NCBI GenBank assembly: GCA_963813335.1
Contig: CAWEYL010000003.1
Span: forward strand, 352,001-416,000
Direction: 5' to 3'
Source of the DNA: an uncultured Chloroflexia bacterium
Lineage (GTDB): Bacteria; Chloroflexota; Limnocylindria; Limnocylindrales; CSP1-4
DNA length: 64,000 bases
In this document: piece after piece, positions 52,047-62,789 of the stretch
Layout of the letters: each line of letters opens with the position of its first letter
Position numbering within the stretch: the stretch's first letter is position 1
The notes under the pieces: model-generated
Database searches by the model: none
Told to the model about the DNA's origin: nothing
Seen by the model: only the letters and a program-made list of their open reading frames with translations
Program-made: the position numbers and the translations under genes

Positions 52047-53432
52047 TCAGCGCGGCCGGGCGGCGGCCGCCCGGACCAGTCGCCGGTACGCCTCCGCGGC
52101 GGCGGCCCAGCTGAACTCGGCGCGGGCCGTGGCCCGGATGGCCGCGCGCCACGCCGCACGCTCGGCGGGCGGGCGGTCGACGACCGCGGCGATCGCCGCG
52201 GCCAGGTCGTCCGGCCGGAGCGAGCGCGCCACGACCCCCAGGTCGCGCGAGGTGACCAGCCGCTCCATGACGGGCAGGCCCGGCCCGATGACGACCGGCG
52301 TCCCCGCCGCGATCGACTCCCAGAACTTGTTCGGCGTCGCGTGCCGCTGGTTGTAGGAGATGGGCGGCAGCGGCACGAGCGAGACGTCGGCCGAGGCGGT
52401 CCAGGCGGCGAGGTCGTCGGGGTGGACCGGCGGCAGCGTGAAGTGGCGCCCGACGAACCGCGGATCGGCGTCACGCGCCTGGGAACGCGCCCGCCAGCGC
52501 CCGAAGCCGATCAGCACCAGCGCCGCGTCGGGAACGGCGAGGACGGCCTCGGCCGCCTCGTCGAGCCCGAGGTTGGGTCCCAGGCGTCCCTGGAACAGGA
52601 CGATCCTGGTGTCGGGCGGGAGCGAGAGGGCCGCCCGGATCCGGTCGTGGTCGCCGTCATCCACCGTGCCGGCCTCGGGGTAGTTGGGGACGACGAGCAG
52701 GGGCTCCGCCAGGCGCCAGCGCGCCTGGAGCCGTTCCGCCAGGGCGTCGTTGACCGTCATCCGGGCGTCGGACCGCGCAGCCCAGCCACGCTCTCGGCGG
52801 GCGTGCCAGGCGCGGAACGGCCGCGGCATGCCCAGGACGTTGTTGCCTTCGAAGACGTCGTCGATGGCGTCGTAGATGACCGTCGCCCGACCGCCGCCGC
52901 GCTCGCGGGCCGCCAGCGCCGGCGCGATGGCGAGGCTGCCGAACGCGTGATAGAGGTCCGCCGGCGGCAGCTCCCGGTCCAGCGTCCGCCACCAGCCGCG
53001 CACCGTGTGCGGCCAGAACGTCCAGCGGGCCAGCGCCATCACCCGGCGGCGGACCTTCGCGGCGATCCGCCGCGGGAGCCGGATCGCCCGCGCGGCGGCC
53101 GCCCGCGACCGGGAGCGCCGGGCGGGCGCGACCGCGGATGCCGCGGCCGCGGCGGGCGGCGGCGTCGGGACACCGCCCGGGCCCGTCTCGGGCGCCACGC
53201 CCTGGTGCCGTCCCGCCATGCCGGCGAACGGGCCGCTGGGCCGGTACCGGCGGATCTCGATGGCACCGTCCGATTCGCGCTCGGGGAGTCCGTCCACGGC
53301 GACCGCCGCGATCTCCACGGCGTAGCCCTCCGACGCGAGGGCGCGGGCGATGCGCAGACCGCGCGAATACGGCGCGGCGGGATTGCCCACCAGCACCACC
53401 GCACGCCGACCCGTCGAGGTCGCCGCCCTCAC
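52047..53432 (-). CDS. Glycosyltransferase family 4
   Basis: YDAID, PNKFWESIAAGTPV; start uncertain. Confidence 0.85.
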   Translation of the reverse strand: MRAATSTGRRAVVLVGNPAAPYSRGLRIARALASEGYAVEIAAVAVDGLPERESDGAIEIRRYRPSGPFAGMAGRHQGVAPETGPGGVPTPPPAAAAASAVAPARRSRSRAAAARAIRLPRRIAAKVRRRVMALARWTFWPHTVRGWWRTLDRELPPADLYHAFGSLAIAPALAARERGGGRATVIYDAIDDVFEGNNVLGMPRPFRAWHARRERGWAARSDARMTVNDALAERLQARWRLAEPLLVVPNYPEAGTVDDGDHDRIRAALSLPPDTRIVLFQGRLGPNLGLDEAAEAVLAVPDAALVLIGFGRWRARSQARDADPRFVGRHFTLPPVHPDDLAAWTASADVSLVPLPPISYNQRHATPNKFWESIAAGTPVVIGPGLPVMERLVTSRDLGVVARSLRPDDLAAAIAAVVDRPPAERAAWRAAIRATARAEFSWAAAAEAYRRLVRAAAARPR

Positions 53433-53439
53433 CCGGCCG

Positions 53440-54892
53440 TCACCAGGGCTTCCCGGTCAGCCGGCCGTACTCGGCCAGCAGGATCCCGACCTGGTCCTCC
53501 CAGTTGTACTCGGTGTGCGACGCCTCAAGGCCGCGCCGCCCATAGGCGAGCCGGTCCTCGTCGCCCGCGTCGAGGATCTCGCGCAGGGCTGCCGCGATGG
53601 CGACGCGGTCCGTCGGATCGCACAGGACCCCGCAGCCGGTGGCGCGGACGATCGTCGCCATCCCGGGGAGGTCGCTCGCGACGACCGGGACGCCGGCGGC
53701 CATGGCCTCGAACAGCTTGTTGGGCGTCGTCAGCCGGTGGTTGAGCGTGGAGGGCTGGATCGGCATCGCGGCGACGTCGGCGCAGGCGACCCAGTCGAGC
53801 AGCTCCTCGGGGCGGACCGCGGGAAGCACGTGGATCCTGCCCGCCGATTCGGGGGCCGCCGCGCGCTCGCGGAGGACGGTCTCGAGGACGCCGTAGCCCA
53901 TCAGGACGAGGGTCGCGGACGGGACCGCCGCGATGGCGTCCATCAGCTCCTCGATCCCGCGGTTCGGGAAGAGCCCACCGTGGTACAGGACGACGCGCTG
54001 GTCGGGAGCGAGGCCGAGGACGTCGTGGAACCGCCGCTCGCGCGGCTCGGGCGGGAAGAAGCGGTAGGAGCAGTTCATGACGATGAGCGGCAGCGGGACG
54101 CCGAAGCGCTCGGCCATGACCTCGGCGTACGGCTCGGTTCACCGTGATGACGCGGTCGGCGCGGTGCGCCCAGCCGCGCTCGGCGCGCGCGAGGACCCAG
54201 CGCGCGGGACCACGCATCCGGGCCAGGTTGCGCGCCTCGAGGTAGATGTCGCGCGCGTCGTAGACCACCCGCCCGCCGTGCCGGCGCCCCAGGTCGAGCG
54301 CGACCGGGATGCCCATGTACGCCATGCCGTGGTACAGGTCGGCCGCCGGCGCGACGACCCGCGCGCGGCGGACGTGCGAGCGGATGGTCAGCGGGATCGC
54401 CGCGCGCCGGATGGTGCCGGCCACGATCCGCCGCGGCAGGGATGCCCGCCTGGCCGATGCGGCAGGCGCGGGCGGGGCCGACGGCGTCGCGGTCGGGTCG
54501 TCGCCGAGCGTCGTGCCCGGCCCGGTGGCGGCAGCGGCGGTGGCGGATGGCGCGGTGGCGGCAGAGGTCGGACCGGGTGCCGGCGATCGCCCGACCGCCC
54601 CGCGGCTCCAGGCCACGATGCGCCGCAGCATCCCTTGCAGCCACGGGAACGGCACGCCGTCGGCCGCGGTGGGCGCAACGCGCAGGATGCGATACCCGGC
54701 GGGATGCTCCTCCTCCGCGACGGTGCCCGCGGTCTGGCGGGCGAGCACCGTCACGGTGTGGCCGCGCGCCACCAGGGTGCTGGCGATCCGATAGGTGCGC
54801 GAGTCGTACTCGCCGGTCGAGGGAAGGACGAGCACCGCGCGTTGGCGGACGGGTGCGCGACCGTCGACGGCCGAGGGGGGCATCGGGGTCAT
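53440..54892 (-). CDS. Glycosyltransferase family 4 (frameshift near 54135)
   Basis: DSRTYRIA, YDARD in one frame; PNKLFEAMAAGVPVV in the next. Confidence 0.85.
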
Positions 54893-56622
54893 CGTCCCAC
54901 AGCGTCCGCCGACGCGTCCTGCCGATCCGCCAGCCAGCGGAGCGAGCCGGGCGCGAGATCGTCGACCGCGGCCGAGCCGAGGGCATCGAGCACGGCGGCC
55001 ACGTCGTCGGCGTCGGCCGCCACGATGACCGGCCGGCCAGCGCCGGCGGCCGCGCGGACGTCGCTCCAGGTCGACCGGATCGAGGCGTGGAGGTCGGTCG
55101 TCCGATCCGGCGCGGGTGCCGGTCCGGCGCCGGGCAAGGAACGGGCGATCCGGCCCAGGGCGCGTGTCGCGAGCCCGGGCGCGGCGGCCGGGGTCGGAGC
55201 CCCGACCACGCGGACCGGGAGGGCGGTGCGGACCGGGAGCGCCGCGACGCGCGCGGCTGAGGACGGACGGGTGGCGACCACCATCGCCGAGCCGGGTTCG
55301 ACGCCGGGTCCCGAGGCATCCAGTCCCGGCCGCGCGGCCTCCGCTGTGGAGTCCATCGCCGACACGGGCCGCGCGGCGTCGTACACCGCGGCCGTGGCCG
55401 CCAGCACGGCATCCGGCCCGAATCGCGCCACGACGTCGCGACGGAGCCCGGCCCGGTCGATGGCGTCGATCCGGTCGCGGAGGGCCACGATCGCCTCGGC
55501 GAGGGCCTCGGGTCCGGGCGCGAGCGCGATCTCGCCGGCCGATCCGTCCGACCCGACGATCTCGGGCACGCCGCCGGACGGGGTCGCGGCGACCGGGAGA
55601 CCCGACGCGAGGGCCTCCGCGGCGACCATCCCGAACGTCTCCCACGGGCTGGCATGGACGAACAGGCCAGCGTGCCGCATCGCCCGGGCCACGGCCTCGC
55701 GCTCGGCCGCCGGCTCGACCACCACCGCGTCGCCGATCGAGAGCTCGCGGACGAGGGCCGCCCAGCGCGCCGACTCGGCCGCCGTCGCGCCTCCGATCAT
55801 CCGGAGGTGGAGCGCCGGTCGTCGGGCGCGGGCGATGGCGGCGGCGCGCAGGAGCGTCTCGATGCCCTTGTGCTCGGCGAGGGCACCCACCCACAGCAGC
55901 TCGTCATCGTCGCGCGGTTCCCCCGACGGGGCCGGGAATCGATCGAGCGGGACGAGGTTCGGCAGGACGGCCAGCGCCGGGACCGGGACGCCGGAACCCG
56001 CCATCGCGGCGCCGATCCGGTCGGCCAGGGCGCGGCTCACCGCGACGACCTGGGCCGAGGCCACGAGGCGCTGGTACGCGGCCGCGGCGCCCTCGTTCGA
56101 CAGCCGCCCGGGGAGCGTGGAGTCGTACTCGGTGACGACCAGCGGCAGGCCCAGCTCGCTCGCGAGGGACAGGGCGGCGAGGCCGTCCGGGAGCCCCGTG
56201 TGGGCGTGGATCAGCTCGAGCGGCCGGCCCGCGCGGACCGCCCGCGCGGCGTGGGCGCGCCCGAACGCCGCGAGGACCCCGGCGTGGCGTGCCGCCTGCT
56301 CGACGGCCTCCGAGCCGTCCGTCGGGCCCCAGGTCCGGACGACCGGCAGCCTGGCGACCCCGATGCCGGCCACGCCACGGTCGTGCGACGGGGTCAGCGC
56401 CGACGGGTCCGACACGGCGCGGGCCCAGGCGGCCTCCGCGACGGCCAGGCGGCGCGCTCGCTCGGCACTGCCGCCGCCGACCTGCACGGTCTCGAACGAC
56501 GCCACGTCGACCTCGGTCCCCGAAGCGCGGAGCGCGGCCACGTGATCGGCGACGAAGGACCCCCGGCCCGGCATGTCGTGGGACGGGAAGCCGCGCGCGA
56601 CCACGAGGACGCGGCGGATCAC
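54889..56622 (-). CDS. Glycosyltransferase family 4
   Basis: VLVVARGFP, IHAH, ETFGMVAAEALASGLPV. Confidence 0.85.
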   Translation of the reverse strand: MIRRVLVVARGFPSHDMPGRGSFVADHVAALRASGTEVDVASFETVQVGGGSAERARRLAVAEAAWARAVSDPSALTPSHDRGVAGIGVARLPVVRTWGPTDGSEAVEQAARHAGVLAAFGRAHAARAVRAGRPLELIHAHTGLPDGLAALSLASELGLPLVVTEYDSTLPGRLSNEGAAAAYQRLVASAQVVAVSRALADRIGAAMAGSGVPVPALAVLPNLVPLDRFPAPSGEPRDDDELLWVGALAEHKGIETLLRAAAIARARRPALHLRMIGGATAAESARWAALVRELSIGDAVVVEPAAEREAVARAMRHAGLFVHASPWETFGMVAAEALASGLPVAATPSGGVPEIVGSDGSAGEIALAPGPEALAEAIVALRDRIDAIDRAGLRRDVVARFGPDAVLAATAAVYDAARPVSAMDSTAEAARPGLDASGPGVEPGSAMVVATRPSSAARVAALPVRTALPVRVVGAPTPAAAPGLATRALGRIARSLPGAGPAPAPDRTTDLHASIRSTWSDVRAAAGAGRPVIVAADADDVAAVLDALGSAAVDDLAPGSLRWLADRQDASADAVGR

Positions 56623-58094
56623 CGGGACGCCGCCAGGGCCGGGCCGGACGCTGCGCTCAGGCCGTCGTAGACGGCGAGCAGCCGGGCCGACTCGAGCTCC
56701 CAGTTCCAGCGCTCCCGGGCCGCGTGCTGGCAGCGCCGGCGCAGGTCCGCCGCCGCCGCGGGATCGAGGGCCAGGATCTCGCCGAGCGCACGGGCGAGGT
56801 CCCTGGGCCGCGTCGGGTCGCAGACCCGCCCGAGCGGCCCGTCCGGGTCGTCGATCACGATCGCCCGTCGCTCGGGGAAGTCGCTCCCGACCACCGGTGT
56901 CCCGACGGCGAGGCTCTCGAACAGCTTGTTGGGCGTCGACGACCGCTCGTTCAGCGTCCGCGGCTGGTTGGGCATCGCCGACACGTCGGCGGAGGCCACC
57001 CAGTCCAGGAGCGAGTCGGGCGGGACCGCCGGCAGCACGTGGAGCCGGCCCTCGAAGCGGGCCTCGGACGCGAGGCCCTGCAGCGTGCCTTGCAGCGGCC
57101 CGGACCCCATGAAGACGAGGTGGGCCGTGCGGACCGCGGGCTCGAGCATCGCCTCGGCGAGGACCTGGAGGCCGCGGTCGCGCAGGAACCCGCCGTGGTA
57201 GAGGATGACGCCGGCTGCGGGCGGGATGCCGGCGGCGGCCCGGAGCAGGTCCGGGCGCGGGTCGCGGACGGGCTGGCGCGGCGGCGTGTTCCGGACGATC
57301 ACGGCCGGCGGTCCGCCGTATCGCCGTTGCAGCTCGTCGGCGATCGTCCGGTTCACCGTGACGATGGCCGCGACCGCATGGATCGAACGTCGCTCCTCGG
57401 CGGCGAGGATGCGCTTCAGCCACCACGGTCGGTCCGCGGTGTCGCCCGCCTCGACGAACAGCTCGTGGCTGTCGTAGACCACCGACGCCGTCCCGCCCTG
57501 GCGGCGCGCCGCCCGGAGGGCCGCCAGCAGGCCCGTCAGGTCGTGCCCGTGATGGACCTCCGCCGGCGGCGCAGCAGCCGCGCTGGCGTCCGCCCAGCCG
57601 TGGACCGACAGCCGCCACCACGCGAGCCGGTCGAGCCCGTCCACGTGGCCATGCGGCCGTGGCTGGGCACGGCCGCTCAGCATGTAGCGGATGGCCTGGA
57701 CCGCCGTGTACGGGAGGGTGACCAGGGCGAGGCCAGCGGTCGTGACCGCCGGGCCAACACCCGCCGACCCGCGGCCCGCCGCCCGCCGGATCTCGCCCGG
57801 CACGGTCCTCAGCGCGCGCCAGGGGTAGTAGCGCATGTCGCGCCAGCGCCGGCTCCAGTCGCCCGGGGACGGGGTTCGGATGATGGCGATGCCGTCGCGG
57901 ACCTCCGTCGCCGGCGGCCCGCCGTCGCCTCGGCCGGTCGCCAGGTGGGCCATGATCGTGACCGACCACCCGGCGTCACGCAGGGTCGCCGCCTCGCGCA
58001 GGACCCGGATGTCCGTCGTGCAGTCGTTGCGCACGTACATGACCGCGCGGCGGGCGACTCCCGGCGTCGCGGTGTCCGCCACGTGGTCCGCCAC
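56619..58094 (-). CDS. Glycosyltransferase family 4
   Basis: DIRVLREA, YDSHE, PNKLFESLAVGTPVV. Confidence 0.87.
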   Translation of the reverse strand: MADHVADTATPGVARRAVMYVRNDCTTDIRVLREAATLRDAGWSVTIMAHLATGRGDGGPPATEVRDGIAIIRTPSPGDWSRRWRDMRYYPWRALRTVPGEIRRAAGRGSAGVGPAVTTAGLALVTLPYTAVQAIRYMLSGRAQPRPHGHVDGLDRLAWWRLSVHGWADASAAAAPPAEVHHGHDLTGLLAALRAARRQGGTASVVYDSHELFVEAGDTADRPWWLKRILAAEERRSIHAVAAIVTVNRTIADELQRRYGGPPAVIVRNTPPRQPVRDPRPDLLRAAAGIPPAAGVILYHGGFLRDRGLQVLAEAMLEPAVRTAHLVFMGSGPLQGTLQGLASEARFEGRLHVLPAVPPDSLLDWVASADVSAMPNQPRTLNERSSTPNKLFESLAVGTPVVGSDFPERRAIVIDDPDGPLGRVCDPTRPRDLARALGEILALDPAAAADLRRRCQHAARERWNWELESARLLAVYDGLSAASGPALAASR

Positions 58095-58096
58095 GC

Positions 58097-59188
58097 TCAG
58101 CCGAATGCCCCGACGATGGCGTCGACGGCACCCGACGGCGCCAGCTCGACGGTCCGTGCCCGGTCCTCGGCACGCCGTCCCGCCTCGGTTTCCGGGGCGA
58201 GCCGCGCCAGCTCGGCCACCGCGCGGTCGCGGTCGAGCCCGATCACGACCATCCGCCCGTCGGACCCGGCGACGGCCTCCACCCACTCGGTCGTGCCGCG
58301 CAGGACCAGGCACGGCACGCCCAGCCAGGCCGCCTCGCGCTGGACCCCGCCAGAATCGGTCAGGACGGCCGCGGCGTGGAGCTGCAGCGCGAGGGTCGTG
58401 CGGTAGCCCTGCGGCTCGACGACGCGCACGTCGGCGGGCAGGGCGATGCCGGCCTGTTCGAGGGCGACCCGCGTCCCCGGGTGGAGCGCCAGGATGACCG
58501 GCCGCCGCGGCGTCGCGACGGCGCCGAGGAGGGCCGCCCAGGCCGTCATCGCCGCGACCGAGCGGTTCTCCGCCCGGTGGATGGTGGCGAAGCAGTAGCC
58601 GCCGGGACGGAGCCCGGGGTCGAGCGCCGCCAGCGCCCCGGGGTCGCGGATGGCCGGCACGGTCCGGGCGGCCAGGTCCTGCATGACGTCGCCGACCTCG
58701 GTCACGCCGTCCACGATCCCCTCGGCGGCGAGGTTGGCCACGGCGGTGGGCGTCGGCGCGAAGAGCCAGCTCGACAGGTGGTCGGCGACGACCCGGTTGA
58801 CCTCCTCCGGCATGCGCCGGTCGAAGGAGCGCAGCCCCGCCTCGACATGCGCGACCGGGACGTTCAGCTTGGCGGCGACGAGCGCGCCCGCCAGCGTCGA
58901 GTTCGTGTCGCCGTAGACCAGGACGGCGTCGGCGTTCGCGTCGCGGACGATCGGCTCGAGCGCCGCGAGCATCCGGGCCGTCTGCTCGGCCTGGCCGCCG
59001 CCGCCGATCCCCAGGCCGTGATCGGGTCGGGGCAGGCCGAGCTCGGCGAAGAACGCGCCGGCCATCGCCTCGTCCCAGTGCTGGCCGGTGTCGACGAGGA
59101 TCTCCTCGTGGCGGGCGCGCAGGACCGGCGTGAGCGCGGCTGCCTTGATGAGCTGGGGCCGCGTCCCGACGACGCTGACGATGCGCAT
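58097..59188 (-). CDS. wecB: UDP-N-acetylglucosamine 2-epimerase (non-hydrolysing; WecB/WbpI-like)
   Basis: VGTRPQ.IK, TGQH, YGDTNST, HVEAGLRS, TDSGGVQ.EA. Confidence 0.93.
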   Translation of the reverse strand: MRIVSVVGTRPQLIKAAALTPVLRARHEEILVDTGQHWDEAMAGAFFAELGLPRPDHGLGIGGGGQAEQTARMLAALEPIVRDANADAVLVYGDTNSTLAGALVAAKLNVPVAHVEAGLRSFDRRMPEEVNRVVADHLSSWLFAPTPTAVANLAAEGIVDGVTEVGDVMQDLAARTVPAIRDPGALAALDPGLRPGGYCFATIHRAENRSVAAMTAWAALLGAVATPRRPVILALHPGTRVALEQAGIALPADVRVVEPQGYRTTLALQLHAAAVLTDSGGVQREAAWLGVPCLVLRGTTEWVEAVAGSDGRMVVIGLDRDRAVAELARLAPETEAGRRAEDRARTVELAPSGAVDAIVGAFG

Positions 59189-59209
59189 GCCCAGAGGGTA
59201 GGCCGTCCG

Positions 59210-60655
59210 CTACGGGACGGGGACGCCGCCAGGTCGACCCCCGGTCCCGACACCCTGGAACCCGACCGACGCCGGGAGGGCCGCTCCCAGGTCCGCGAGG
59301 CTGTTGCGGCCGTCGTAGACCATCGCGAGGTTCGGGAACCAATCGGGGTCGAGCTCCCGCCAGAGCGGGTCCGCCGTCTGGGTCACGATGGCCCGGACGC
59401 CGGGTGCGGGCTCGCCCCACGGCCACGGCGTGGCGCCGGTCCGGGCGATCTCTTCGTCGCTGAGCAGCGGGTCGTGGGCCAGGACGTGCGCCCCGGCGAG
59501 GACCAGCCGCTCGATGAGCGGCATCGCCCGCGAGTAGGCGAGCTCCTTGACCCCGTGCCGGTAGGTGAGCCCGAGGACGAGGACCTCGACGCCGTCGAGC
59601 CCGCCGAGGGCGAGCTGCAGGCTGCGGATGGCGACGCCGACCTGGCCGTCGTTGACCCGCCGGCTGAGGGCGACGATCTCGAGCTCCGGCGCCCGGTCGA
59701 GGAGGAAGTGCGGGTAGACCGGGATGCAGTGCCCGCCCACGCCGATGCCCGGCTGGTGGATGTGGCTGTACGGCTGGCTGTTCGCGGCGGCGATGACCTC
59801 GGTGATGTCCACGCCGATGCGGTCGGCGTAGCGGCTGAACTCGTTGGCCAGCGCGATGTTGACGTCGCGATAGGTCGTGTCGGCCAGCTTGGCGAACTCG
59901 GCGGCCTCGGCCGAGCTCATGGCCACGACCTCGGCGTCGAGCACGCTCTCGTAGAAGGCCGCCGCCCGCGCGGTGCCGGCCGGGCCGAGCCCGCCCACGA
60001 GCTTGGGGTAGGTGGCCAGGTTGACGAGGGCCGCGCCGCTGTACAACCGTTCCGGCGAGAAGGCGACGTAGAAGTCGTCGGTGTCGGCGCCGCTCGAATG
60101 CAGGCCGGTGACGGCCTCGAGGCGCGGCGCATACCGGCCGCGCGTATCCCCGATCGGCAGGGTGGTCTCGAAGATGACCGTCGAACCGGCGTGGACGCCG
60201 GGCGCGATCGCCTCGACCGCCGAATCCATCCAGCGGTGGTCGGGCCGCGACTCATCGTCGAGGATGACCGGGACGATGAGCACGACGACATCGGCGGCCG
60301 CGGCGGCCTCACCGCCGTCGAGCGTGGCGCGCAGCCGGCCCTCGCCGTGCGCGTCGCGGACCAGGTCCGCGAGGCCGGGCTCCTCGCCCACGTGCGACTG
60401 CCCGGCATTGATCGAGTCGACGACGCGCGGGTCGATGTCGACCGCGATGACCGACCAGCCGTGCGAGGCGAACTGCCCGGCGAGCGGCAGGCCCATCTTG
60501 CCGGCACCGACGACCGCGACGGTCCCGGCCGTGCCGGGCTCGCCGACCCACGGCGACACGAGCCGGGCGGCGCCGTGGCGGCACGGGCTGGGCGGCAGCG
60601 AGATCGATCCGCCCAGGAGGCTGCTGGTCGTGCTGGGTCGCGTGCTCGGGCTCAT
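59210..60655 (-). CDS. Nucleotide sugar dehydrogenase
   Basis: GAGKMGLP, FSPER, YRDVNIA, GGHCIP. Confidence 0.92.
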   Translation of the reverse strand: MSPSTRPSTTSSLLGGSISLPPSPCRHGAARLVSPWVGEPGTAGTVAVVGAGKMGLPLAGQFASHGWSVIAVDIDPRVVDSINAGQSHVGEEPGLADLVRDAHGEGRLRATLDGGEAAAAADVVVLIVPVILDDESRPDHRWMDSAVEAIAPGVHAGSTVIFETTLPIGDTRGRYAPRLEAVTGLHSSGADTDDFYVAFSPERLYSGAALVNLATYPKLVGGLGPAGTARAAAFYESVLDAEVVAMSSAEAAEFAKLADTTYRDVNIALANEFSRYADRIGVDITEVIAAANSQPYSHIHQPGIGVGGHCIPVYPHFLLDRAPELEIVALSRRVNDGQVGVAIRSLQLALGGLDGVEVLVLGLTYRHGVKELAYSRAMPLIERLVLAGAHVLAHDPLLSDEEIARTGATPWPWGEPAPGVRAIVTQTADPLWRELDPDWFPNLAMVYDGRNSLADLGAALPASVGFQGVGTGGRPGGVPVP

Positions 60656-61683
60656 GCCGACACCAGCTCGACCGTCCGGCGGTCCTTCGCCGAGGTCAGG
60701 AGGGCATGCGCGAGGACGACGGCCCAGCGGCCGTCGTCGGCGTTCACGATCGGCCGGTCGCCGGTGCGCACGACGTGGATGAACGCCTCCAGCTCGGCCA
60801 GCAGCGGCTCCTCGTTCGAGACCGGGAGCTCGGCGACCTCGCCGGCGAACGTCGGCGCATAGCCGGCGATCAGCCGCGGGTTCGTCAGCTCGGACGAGCG
60901 GGTGAACGTGAGCCGCTGGGTGAGGAAATCGAGTTCGAACATGCCCTCCTCGCCGACGACGGTGAGCTGTCGTCGCTTCGCCGGGGTCAGCCAGTCGACA
61001 TCGAGCATCGCGACCGTGCCCGATTCGAAGGACATCAGCCCGAAGAGCAGGTCCTCGTGGTCGGCATGGATCCGCTGGGCGGTCTCCGCGAAGACGCGGA
61101 TGGGCCGCTCGCGGGCGATCCACGACAGGATGTCGACGTCATGGGTCGCGAGGTCGATGGTCACGCCGACGTCGCGGATGCGCGCCGGGAACGGGCCGGC
61201 ACGGCGGCTCGTGACCGCGTACACGGTGGAGAGCCAGCCGGCGCCGAGGAGCCGCCCGAGCTCGAGCACGGCCGGGTTGAAGCGCTCCACGTGGCCGACC
61301 TGGATGGGCACGCCCGTCGCCAGCGACGCGGCCACGATGGCCTCGGCCTCGGGTGGCGTGGCGGCCAGGGGCTTCTCGATCAGCGCCGCGATCCCGCGCT
61401 CGATGGCGGCCAGGGCCAGCCCGACGTGGGTCGTGGTCGGCGCCGCGATCACCACCGCGTCGAGCTCGGCCTCGGCCAGCAGCGCGAGCGGCTCCGCGAA
61501 CCCGAGGGCGCCGGTGGAGGCCGTGGCCGCCGCGAGGGCGGCCGCATCCGGGTCGGCGACCGCGACGAGCCGGGCGCCGTCCATCGAGGCGAGGATGCGA
61601 AGGTGGTTCCGTCCCATCGAGCCGAGCCCGATGAGCCCGACGCGGACCTCTCCGTCCCCCACCGGGGACCAGTGTGCCGTCAT
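60652..61683 (-). CDS. Gfo/Idh/MocA oxidoreductase (WbpB-like)
   Basis: GLGSMGRNH, EKP, GHVERFNP, DLATHD. Confidence 0.9.
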   Translation of the reverse strand: MTAHWSPVGDGEVRVGLIGLGSMGRNHLRILASMDGARLVAVADPDAAALAAATASTGALGFAEPLALLAEAELDAVVIAAPTTTHVGLALAAIERGIAALIEKPLAATPPEAEAIVAASLATGVPIQVGHVERFNPAVLELGRLLGAGWLSTVYAVTSRRAGPFPARIRDVGVTIDLATHDVDILSWIARERPIRVFAETAQRIHADHEDLLFGLMSFESGTVAMLDVDWLTPAKRRQLTVVGEEGMFELDFLTQRLTFTRSSELTNPRLIAGYAPTFAGEVAELPVSNEEPLLAELEAFIHVVRTGDRPIVNADDGRWAVVLAHALLTSAKDRRTVELVSA

Positions 61684-62789
61684 CCGGCGGCGACGCCCTG
61701 GGCCGGTCGGCGGGTCGAGACCTGGTCGCGGACGGCGGCGATGACCTCGTCCTGGTCGGCTTCGCCGAGACCGGGGTACATCGGCAGCGACAGGGTCCGG
61801 GCGGCGGTCCGGTCCGTGACCGGGAGGTCGGCGTGGATGCCGCGCTCGAGCACGTACGGCTGGCGGTGGACCGGGATGGGGTAGTAGATGCCGGTGCCGA
61901 TGCCCGCGGCGGTCAGGCCCGTGATGATCTCGTCGCGCCGCTCGCCCACGTCCACCGTGTACTGGTGGAAGACGTGGACCCGGCCCTCAGGGGTGACCGG
62001 GGTCCCGATCGGCAGGTCCGCGAAGGCGGCGTCGTAGCGCGCGGCGATCGCCTGGCGCTTCGCGGTGTTGCGTGCCAGCTTGTCCAGCTGGCAGAGCCCG
62101 ATGACCGCGGCGATGTCGGTCAGGCGGAAGTTGTAGCCGAGGATCTCGTGGTGGTAGCGCTCGCGCATCCCCTGGTTGCGGTACAGGCGGATCCAGTCGG
62201 CCAGGCGGTCGTCGTCGGTGGTGATGAGGCCGCCCTCGCCGGTGGTCATGTTCTTCGTGCCGTACAGGCTGAAGGCGCCATGCCCGAAGCTGCCGACCCG
62301 CTTGCCGCGGAATTCGGCGCCGTGGGCCTGGCAGGCATCCTCCACGACGGCCAGGCCGTGGCGGTCGGCGATGGCCTGGATCATCGCCATGTCGGCCGGG
62401 AGGCCGAACAGGTGGACCGGGCAGATCGCGCGCGTCCGCGGCGTGATGGCCGCCTCGATCCGCGCCGCATCGATGACGTAGGTGTCGGGCTCGATGTCGA
62501 TGAAGACCGGCGTCGCCCCGGTGAACAGGATCGCGGACACGGTCGCGTTGAACGTGTGGCCGACGGTGATCACCTCGTCGCCGGGACCGAGGGCGAGGGC
62601 CTCGAAGATGGCCATCAGCGCGACGGTGCCGTTGGAGACCGCGATCGCGTGGCGGGTCCCGATGAACTCGGCCCAGCGTTCCTCGAGCTCGACGACACGC
62701 TTGCCGCCGGCCAGCATCCCGCTGCGCAGGACGGCCGTGACGGCCTCGACCTCCTCATCGCCGATATCGGGGCGCGCGACCGGGATCAT
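61680..62789 (-). CDS. DegT/DnrJ/EryC1/StrS aminotransferase (WbpE-like)
   Basis: SNGT, VHLFG, EDACQAHG, SLYGTKNMTTGEGG. Confidence 0.94.
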   Translation of the reverse strand: MIPVARPDIGDEEVEAVTAVLRSGMLAGGKRVVELEERWAEFIGTRHAIAVSNGTVALMAIFEALALGPGDEVITVGHTFNATVSAILFTGATPVFIDIEPDTYVIDAARIEAAITPRTRAICPVHLFGLPADMAMIQAIADRHGLAVVEDACQAHGAEFRGKRVGSFGHGAFSLYGTKNMTTGEGGLITTDDDRLADWIRLYRNQGMRERYHHEILGYNFRLTDIAAVIGLCQLDKLARNTAKRQAIAARYDAAFADLPIGTPVTPEGRVHVFHQYTVDVGERRDEIITGLTAAGIGTGIYYPIPVHRQPYVLERGIHADLPVTDRTAARTLSLPMYPGLGEADQDEVIAAVRDQVSTRRPAQGVAAG